Shown here piece by piece: positions 1 through 7,000 of a stretch of DNA of 7,995 nt. This DNA comes from Octopus sinensis. Lineage: Eukaryota. Position 1 is the stretch's first letter. Every line of letters begins with the position of its first letter. The notes beneath the pieces were generated by a model. That model was not told the DNA's origin and searched no databases. It saw only the letters and a program-made list of their open reading frames with translations. The DNA lies in the NCBI RefSeq assembly GCF_006345805.1, contig NW_021828557.1:1-7995 (forward strand), read 5' to 3'. The position numbers and the translations under genes were made by a program.

Positions 1-2
1 TC

Positions 3-3000
3 AACGCACCTGCGTGCAACGAAATTGCCGCAGTCATACATGGAGAGCAACACAACAGCCGTGACATAATCATCTCCTCCCGTGGTAACAACCTACACAG
101 ATCAGCGAGACTCACAGATCTTATGACGCGCTTCAGTATCCATTGCTTTTCCCTTATGGGGAAGACGAGACGGCTACCACTTCGGAATTCGTTTACGGCA
201 GCCCTCCAATCAAACTACTGCGGCATCAACTGTTTCCTGCAGGGCGTTCTACTCATACCGGTTCATGGTCAGGGTGGTGAGTTCAACTTATTGCCCCGTT
301 GTCGTCAGCTATTCAACCAGTTCGCCGTCGACATGGCCGCAAAAATGGAATCGGAAAGGCTGCTATACATTAAACTTAATCAGACCAAACTTCGCTCCGA
401 CTCCTACATTCATCTCCGTGACGGTTTGCAACAAGAAAATGACCCTCGCAACATCGGCAAGCCATGCATTCTATTCTACCCTCCACCTTCACGGGAGGAC
501 CGCGATATATGCGTGAAAGGACCCAAGACGCCTTGACCTACGTGCGCATTTACGGCCGGCCGGACCTCTTTATCACCTACACGTGCAATCCCAGCTGCGA
601 CGAAATCACTCGCGAACTCCTCCCCCGGGTCAATCTCACACCCCTCGACACGACATCGTTGCTAGGGTTTTCCGTCTGAATTTGGGCAAAATGAAGGATT
701 TGATAGTTAAGGGTCAGATTTTCGGGCATGTCAGGTGCCACATGTTTTCGGTCGAGTGGCAAAAGAGGGGCTTGCCACATGCTCACATCTTAATTTGGCT
801 CACTCATAAAATCGAGACTAATGACAGTGACAAATTCATTTCCGCCGAGATTCCTGACCCCGATGAGGACCCCGGACTCTACGAAATTGTCCGCACTACC
901 ATGGTACACGGGCCCTGTGGACCAAATTACGCCAACCACCATGCTACAAAACGGATTAGCCTGCTCAAGGGATTCCCTAAACGGTTCACTTTGGAGACTC
1001 AAACAGGCGGCGATGGGTATCCGCTGTACAAACGAAGGAGTCCAGCCAATGGAGGCCGCACGATTACGGTTGGGCGACATCAAGTGGACAACAGCTACAT
1101 TGTCCCCTACTGTCCTCTCCTGTCGAAGATATTCAAAGCCCACGTCAACGTTGAGTTCTGCAGCTCCATCAGGTCAATACAATATGTCTGCAAATATATC
1201 AACAAAAGCAGCGATGCTGCCATGTTCAGCATCCAGAGGACCACCAGTCGCGACGAAGTGTCCAACTACTTGGCTGGCCGGTACCTCAGCAGCAACGAAG
1301 CGTTTTGGCGCATTTACCCCGCTTCCCTCATCAAACACCCGGCTGTGGTGCAGCTTGCTGTACACTTGGAAATGGACAGCGGATTTACTTCACAGAGCAA
1401 AGTGCTGTGCAGATAGCCACCAGCCCTAAAGACACAACGTTGACTGGTTTCTTCTTCAAATTATGCCAACGTGATGACTTCGCTCGAACGCTTTTGTACC
1501 CACAGGTCCCATCGTACTTCGTGTGTTCTAAAAAACACCTGGGTTCGACGGAAATCCGGCAAAAACGTCGAAAGCTTCCCAGGCGTCAAGTTTGACTCCT
1601 GCCTGGGTCGAGTTTACAAAATCCCGCCAAACCAGCAAGAATGCTTCTACCTCCGTCTCCTTCTACATGAGGTCACTGGTCCCACAGGTTTCGCCAATAT
1701 ACGTACCGTCAATGGGGTTCTGTGCGACACCTTCAGGGAAGCATGTATGAGACTTGGCCTTCTAGAGGATGACTCCCAGTGGGACGCCACGATGGCAGAG
1801 GGTGCTTTACTGCAAACGCATTCGGCCCTACGACATCTTTTCGCAATCCTTCTTCAAAAATGTCAGCTTAGTGATCCACTAAGTCTCTGGATGAAATACA
1901 GGGATGACATGTCGCACGACTTCTTACGTACGGCTCAGCAACACTGCCCTTCCGCCGAGATCACGTTCACCAACTTCATTTACAATTTTGCGCTCATTCA
2001 ACTCGAAGACGCTGTCATCGATATGGGTGGGTCTGCTTTAACAGAGTACGGCCTTCCACCACCCACACGTGAACACGCCAATGTTATTTCTGCTGAATTG
2101 TTACGCGAAACTTCCTACTGCATTGAGGAACTGCACCAGTACGTCCAAGATAATGAACCACGCTTGCTTCCAGACCAGCGCATAGCCTACAACACCATCG
2201 TAGACTCTGTCAGACAGCAACGTGGGGGGATTTTCTTCCTTGATGCACCCGCGGCACTGGCAAAACCTTCGTCACTAACTAATATTCTGGCAGAGGTCAG
2301 ACGCAACACGGACATTGCCCTGGCTGTAGCTTCTTCTGCATTCTCCAGGGACCTCTTATCGCTCGGTGAAAATAGGATACTGTCTGATGCGGATGGCTAC
2401 GTTCAATTGGACTCACTTTTCACCATTGTCGACACCCCTGCTAGCCTCCGGGACGCTGTCTTCCACGACCTACAAAACAATTTACGCGACCTAATATGGC
2501 TGGCAGGCAGAGCTATTCTCGCACCCAAAAATACAACCGTCAACTCCATCAATATCCAGCTACTTGAAGCTATTCCTGGTGATGTCCACGTCTACAAATC
2601 TATAGATAGGACAGCAGACCCCGCCCAGCTTGCCGATTATCCTTGAATTCCTGAATTCACTTGAAACGCCAGGCCTGCCACCCACATCCTGAAGTTAAAA
2701 GTCGGTGCGCCCATTATGCTCATCAGGAATTTGGTTCCACCTAAACATGCAGCGCACACGTTTGGTTGTGAAACATTTGGCACCACATTTAATAACGGCC
2801 ACAATACTTACCGGTTGTGGGAAGGGAGAGGACGTCTTCATTCCACGGATGCACCTTCAACCGTCGGGCGCTGACCTACCAATCCACTTCAGCGTTCTCA
2901 GTTTCCTGTTTCCTGTTAAACTCTGCTTCGCAATGTCCATCAATAAATCCCAAGGCCAAACGCTACAAGTCGCTGGGTACATTTGGGCGAACAGTGCTTC

Positions 3001-3112
3001 GCCCACGTCACTCTACGTGGGCTGTTCACCGCGTTGGGAGGCGCAATGATGTTTGCATGTTTCGCCCAAACGGACAGCTAGGAACATCGTATATACAGAA
3101 GTATTCCATTGA
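3..3112 (+). pseudogene. Helitron RepHel protein (HUH Rep endonuclease + PIF1-like SF1B helicase), frameshifted and internally deleted
   Basis: The protein can be stitched across frames. N-terminal part: SYDALQYPLLFPYGED (~117-166) and LPSTFTGGPRYM. Rep motif 1 PDLFITYTCNP (560-592), motif 2 VEWQKRGLPHAH (751-786, HUH) and motif 3 YVCKYINK (1183-1206). Then FYLRLLL...TFREAC..LGLLEDD. Helicase part: Walker A G-T-G-K-T-F in a shifted frame (2253-2270), LAVASS, RAILAPKN (2509-2532), LKVGAPIMLIRNL, FAMSINKSQGQT (2927-2962) and LYVGCS(R)V (3011-3035). The probable native stop is TGA at 3110-3112 after RNIVYTEVFH. ORF-track entries 123-536, 464-679, 583-1416, 1305-1595, 1471-2646 and 2705-3049 are fragments of this one gene. 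Confidence 0.93.
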
Positions 3113-3204
3113 AGACAGACATTGCAACGTCCACATGCACCTTCGTTCCTGGAGGGAAAGGACTACATTGGGATTAGTCGTTGCCTACTAGGGGCTCTTA
3201 CATA

Positions 3205-3232
3205 CCCGGGCAACGCCGGGCTATGCTGCTAG
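3205..3232 (+). terminator. Helitron 3' rolling-circle termination signal (hairpin + CTAG)
   Basis: CCCGG (3205-3209) pairs with CCGGG (3216-3220) around the loop GCAACG. CTAG is at 3229-3232 and the next base is T. Confidence 0.92.
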
Positions 3233-3239
3233 TATATAT

Positions 3240-3272
<33 letters not shown>
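3233..3272. repeat. (TA)n microsatellite at the Helitron 3' junction
   Basis: About 40 bp of nearly pure TA alternation with two interruptions. Confidence 0.95.
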
Positions 3273-3398
3273 ACTAATGTAGGATAACATTTTTCTCGAG
3301 AATCAATATTTTTATCAATGGCCAGCATATCAAGAAATACCTTTAAAGGTTAAATTTATCAATAATTTACAAAATAAGAGCAAAAGAAAAATTCTAAT
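3271..3398 (+). repeat. ~128-bp direct repeat, copy 1
   Basis: TAACTAATGTAGGATAA...CAAGAAATACCTTTAAAGGTTAAATTTATCAATAATTTACAAAATAAG...AAAAATTCTAAT recurs at 3741-3866 with a period of 470 bp. Confidence 0.95.
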
Positions 3399-3740
3399 GC
3401 CAAATATGCCGAAAAAAGACAAACATTGTCAATAACCATTATAATTTATGCGTCTCGAAACAAACCGATAGAAATTTTTTTTAAATCCGTTATTACCGTA
3501 TTGGTCCCAATTTCTGTGTGAATTCATAAGAATTTTCCCCTCTTCAGCGATAAATACGTGAGATATAAGTGAAATACTTACTCATACCCATGGAAAAAGC
3601 AAGTACTAAGTCCTGAGCAGACCTAAGTACCCCAAATATATCCAAAATAGAAAATCTTCGGCACATCTCGAGACACGTGTGATTCGAAGTAGAAACTTTC
3701 ACAGAGTGAGAGAATCCGGAAGTGAACACTATTCAATTTA

Positions 3741-3866
3741 TAACTAATGTAGGATAATTTTTTTTTCGGGAAAAAAATATTATCAATGGCCAACATATCA
3801 AGAAATACCTTTAAAGGTTAAATTTATCAATAATTTACAAAATAAGGGCAAAACAAAAATTCTAAT
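3741..3866 (+). repeat. ~126-bp direct repeat, copy 2
   Basis: Matches 3271-3398. The central ~50 nt are identical, and differences cluster in the T/A runs near the 5' end. Confidence 0.95.
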
Positions 3867-3955
3867 TTCAGAGTAGAGAAACATCTATTGAAAGCAAAAA
3901 TTATAAACAGCTGAACTCCAATGAAAACTATAGTTTAGTTACTGAAAACTATTGA

Positions 3956-3976
3956 GATGATGATGACGATGATGAC

Positions 3977-4040
<64 letters not shown>

Positions 4041-4090
4041 GTGGTCGTGGTCGTGGTCGTGGTCGTGGTGATGGTTGTCGTCGTCGTCGT
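3956..4090. repeat. Compound trinucleotide microsatellite (GAT)n-(GGTCGT)4-(CGT)4
   Basis: 28 GAT/GAC units (3956-4039), then GGT, (GGTCGT)4 at 4043-4066, GGT GAT GGT TGT and (CGT)4 to 4090, all in one triplet register. Confidence 0.97.
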
Positions 4091-4509
4091 GTGTTGAAAG
4101 TGAAGAGTATTTTTTCTTGAACTAATTCTAGATCATTTTTCTACCTGTTCGTTTACATTTTACGCTTTAGTTTGTTAGAGAAGTGGAAATGGAGTGTGAG
4201 AGAGAGAGGAAGAGACAATGTGAGAGTGAGAAAGAGAGCAGATAGCCAGCCGATGCATCATGCAGTCGCTCATGTGCTTAGTGGAAATGAGAAGTAAAGA
4301 GAAAGACAGAAACGTTAAAGACATGAAGAAGGGAATTACACGGATTGTTGAAGAGGAGAGAAAGAACGAAATATAAAGTGGTTAGCAGAAGCAAATTTTT
4401 AAATCAGATAACATATTATTATGACTGGAAGTGAAATAGCTTAGCAAAATATGAATAAAAATGCAAATCAACCATTCTTTCTTAAATAGCTTCTCTTAAT
4501 CATTTTCGT

Positions 4510-4537
4510 TCTGTGGAATTTCCACGGGTCCCACTAG
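4510..4537 (+). mobile_element. Second Helitron-type 3' terminus (hairpin + CTAG|T); the element's 5' end is not identified
   Basis: TCTGTGGA-ATT-TCCACGGG (4510-4528) has a perfect GTGGA/TCCAC core, and becomes a perfect 8-bp stem if two T are read as C (CCCGTGGA...TCCACGGG). It is followed by spacer TCCCA, CTAG at 4534-4537 and T. Confidence 0.65.
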
Positions 4538-4655
4538 TAAATATAAAATGGAAAAGAATGAACAGAACTTGCAAGACTTTCAAAAATACACAATGATAGC
4601 AAAATAATATTACAAAAATTCTTTCTGGACATAGGCTTAAAGTAATAACAAAATA

Positions 4656-4730
4656 CTATATAAAACATATGCATATATTCATACATATATGTACATACCT
4701 ACATCTATATGTATATATACATGCTTATAT
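4656..4730. repeat. Degenerate (TA)/(CATA) low-complexity tract
   Basis: tatataaaacatatgcatatattcatacatatatgtacatacctacatctatatgtatatatacatg. Confidence 0.8.
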
Positions 4731-4859
4731 GGGTACAGGACATCAAAAAAACGTTGAACACAATGAGAAACGAAAACATAAAAACAAAAACATGGAAACG
4801 GACTTTTTTTTTCAAACAATGAAAAAACAGAGTACAAGACATACAACACAAGGAATATT

Positions 4860-4921
4860 CCCCTTCTTCAGTTGCCCCTGTTTCGGCTACTCCGCGTTTC
4901 GAAGGTAGGGGCAAGACGCAA
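4860..4921 (-). ncRNA. Candidate hammerhead ribozyme with non-circularly permuted (reversed) segment order
   Basis: The minus strand reads UUGCG-UC^UUGCCCCU-A-CCUUC-GAAA-CGC-ggaguagccgaaac-AGGGGCAA-CUGAAGA-AGGGG. The core elements are CUGANGA (4871-4865), CGAAA (4901-4897) and the GUC cleavage triplet (4917-4915). Stem I is 8 perfect bp in the exact register (UUGCCCCU/AGGGGCAA). Stem III is ACGC/GCGU plus two G-U pairs. Stem II is (A)GGGG/CCUUC. No activity data are available. Confidence 0.6.
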
Positions 4922-5278
4922 CTCCGTTGAAGCAGTCCTTCCCGCAAAGCAAATTAAATAAAATTTGGGATTTTTTGCGGAGGGGTAAAAGTGGTTGGAA
5001 AAACACGGACGAAATGCTGTATAGAGCGGGAAAAAAAAGCAAAAAGGATTGTTTAAAACAATCAATGAGGTAGATAGTTTATGATAAAATTCTTCCGGAA
5101 TGTATCAAGAATAGATAAGCAAGACATCGTTTCCCATCTCGCTGGTTATTGTGCATATGACTATTTATTATCAACACAATGACAAACTTAAATTATCCTT
5201 TTAGGTTGGGGCAGGGATCAGCCGACATAATTCGAAACACTAATTGGTACAAAACGAATTTGTGAGACTGAAGACAGT

Positions 5279-5526
5279 ATATTCTTTTATTCTTTTACTT
5301 GTTTGAGCTATTTAACTGCGGCCATGCTGGAGTACCCGCTTTAGTCGAAACAATCCACCCAGGGACTTATTCTTTGTAAGCGTAATACTTACTCTATCAG
5401 TCTGTTTTGCCAAACCACTAAGTTACCGTGACGTAAATACACCGGTATCGGTTGTCATGCGATTGGTGGAGGGACGATCACAGACACACAAATACATACA
5501 CACACACACACACACCAACACATATA

Positions 5527-5590
<64 letters not shown>

Positions 5591-5718
5591 CGATGGGCTT
5601 CTTTCAGTTTCCGTCTAAGAAATCCACTCACAAGGATTTGGTCGACCCGAGGCTATACTAGAAGAAACTTGCCCAAGGTGCCACGCAGTAGGATTGAATC
5701 CGGAACCATGTGGTTGGG
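5279..5718 (-). mobile_element. tRNA-derived SINE (octopus-type), 5'-truncated, with internal microsatellite
   Basis: The minus strand starts CCCAACCACATGGTTCCGGATTCAATCC (B-box-like, plus 5691-5707). It continues ...GGCACCTTGGGCAAG (CORE-like motif)...GACGGAAACTGAAAGAAGCCC, then a (TA)n/(TG)n tract, the body, and the tail (AAAAGAAT)2 at plus 5281-5296. The A box is missing and no TSD was seen. Family assignment is from recollection of octopus repeats. Confidence 0.8.
5485..5590. repeat. (CA)n followed by (TA)n microsatellite inside the SINE
   Basis: cacacaaatacatacacacacacacacaccaacacat followed by about 70 bp of (TA)n with two interruptions. Confidence 0.95.
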
Positions 5719-6497
5719 AACACACATACATATATCATATGTATATATTTGTCAATAGGATCTTTAAAGACATTAAGCTACCACTTTCAAAAATAATAAA
5801 ATTTTAAAAGAATTAAGTTTATTGCAAATCGGAAAAAAAAATGATGAATCTCCGTTCTTTGAATTCCTCTTCATAAAAGAAAGAAAATTTTTCAACACAA
5901 CGCAAACAAGATTCCTCGAAAAATTCGAATTCACTGTGACGCCCAGGCTTCAATGAAATACGAAGCGATAATTTAGTGATACACTTCACGTACTTATTCT
6001 TTCGGGCATGCACGCATATGTTTGGCAACACATCGCAGCAGAATTTAAAAGATACAATATTTTAGTTTTTCTTTTGTTTTGTTTGATAAAACCAAAACCA
6101 AATGCCGCAAGGTTTCTACCAACATACAGCTACATTTGCTTCCATATTTAACGTCATTGCAATTTCACGAACAACACAGTAAGCCTCTTTTAAGTCTCGC
6201 GAGACATATTCCAAAATCATAACATTTTTTATTCTTTGAGCTGATGCATGAAGCAGTGAGTGAAAGCAAACAGACTTAAAACCGTTCAAATATGTTTGAG
6301 TGATAATCGAAACTGGAGTGAAAGTCTTGCTTAAGACAAAAAGATAACAAAACATCATAGTCAGCTCAGAGTGCCCTTTATTGGACTGGAGGGTGCATAT
6401 CAATTTCTTTCGTTCACGTCAACACAACTCTAACCTGACTGGGAAGTGAAGTTTCTGTTATAGGACATCAATCAATATTATCGACTGATAGCAAATA

Positions 6498-6638
6498 TTG
6501 ATTTCAAATTTTGGCCCAAGACCAACAAGTTCGTGGTGGCGGGGGTTAGTCAGTTACATCGACACCAGTGCTTAACTGGTGCTTATTTTATCAACCTCGA
6601 TAAGATGAACGGCAAAGTCGACCTCAGCTCGCCGCCAT
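6498..6638 (-). mobile_element. Short SINE copy (octopus-type) with 14-bp target-site duplication and apparently deleted tRNA-like promoter
   Basis: The direct repeat ACTGATAGCAAATA lies at 6484-6497 and 6639-6652 (17 bp with one mismatch). The enclosed minus-strand sequence is ATGGCGGCGAGCTG|AGGTCGACTTTGCCGTTCATC...GATAAAATAAGCACCAG...CTGGTGTCGATGTAACTGACTAACCCCCGCC...CCAAAATTTGAAATCAA. Confidence 0.75.
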
Positions 6639-6893
6639 ACTGATAGCAAATACTGGCCGCCACAATGGGTCAGATTTGTGAATAGATCCGTGGAGCAGTG
6701 ACTGAGAGTAAACAAACTTATAACAAGTTCAAATATGTCCGATGGATATTTGTAAAATGCTTTTCACTGGAATTTATGGAGAAAAAATACTCGCTTAAGG
6801 CAAAAATGTGTCAAAGCATCATAACAAGGTCATAGCAACGCAAGGGAAAAGCCTTTTACACGTTCCAATGTCTCTTGGAAATATTTTAACTGA

Positions 6894-6903
6894 TCTCTCT
6901 CTC

Positions 6904-6947
<44 letters not shown>

Positions 6948-6982
6948 TCTTTCTTTCTTTCTTTCTCTCTCTCTCTCTCTCC
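6894..6982. repeat. Pure pyrimidine compound microsatellite (CT)n-(CTTT)n-(CT)n
   Basis: About 89 bp containing only C and T on the + strand. Confidence 0.97.
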
Positions 6983-7000
6983 AAAATTTCAGGACTTGAA

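Larger units (their letters stand above)
1..3232 (+). mobile_element. Helitron (rolling-circle transposon), autonomous-type but defective copy; 5' end lies outside the window
   Basis: RepHel coding remnants run through 3-3112. They are followed by a GC-rich hairpin CCCGG-GCAACG-CCGGG (3205-3220), an 8-nt spacer and CTAG (3229-3232) followed by T. This is the canonical Helitron 3' end and A|T insertion site. The segment is about 50% GC against about 25-30% in the flank (sampled lines). Confidence 0.95.

Noticed and set aside
265-1429. Overlapping ORFs 265-516 (+), 821-1429 (+), 577-786 (-), 790-1143 (-) and 1174-1365 (-)
   Set aside because: These are alternative-frame or antisense shadows of GC-rich Helitron coding sequence. 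They carry only short true-frame pieces created by frameshifts.
2817-3191. 124-aa ORF overlapping the Helitron 3' end
   Set aside because: It is an out-of-frame read-through and only GRRNDVCMFRPNGQ is in the RepHel frame. No independent motif.
3544-3729. 61-aa minus-strand ORF, and likewise 7721-7933
   Set aside because: Short, with no recognisable motif, and lying within repeat-derived non-coding DNA.
3271-3866. CRISPR-like or LTR interpretation of the direct repeats
   Set aside because: There are only two long AT-rich copies, with no repeat-spacer array, no TG...CA ends, no primer-binding site or polypurine tract, and no TSD.
3956-4120. Poly-Asp/RG-repeat or poly-Met mini-protein
   Set aside because: The poly-Asp frame has a stop at 3953-3955, no start codon and no polypyrimidine splice acceptor. 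The poly-Met frame is only the microsatellite read in another phase.
4669-5065. ORFs 4669-4908 (+), 4705-4947 (-) and 4868-5065 (-) as a Penelope RT/GIY-YIG remnant
   Set aside because: They are low-complexity with no GIY-YIG or RT motif. A faint C-terminus-like stretch near 5050-5100 needs a frameshift and is not convincing.
5228-5277. CGAAAC...GTA...CTGAAGA on the + strand as a type II hammerhead
   Set aside because: Stem III gives only 2 bp, stem I is out of register and there is no stem II complementarity.
6102-6184. ATFASIFNVIAISR peptide with AG...GTAAGC, resembling a GPCR TM3 mini-exon
   Set aside because: It is only 49 nt, with no DRY-like motif, a weak acceptor and no companion exons. 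Chance is likely.
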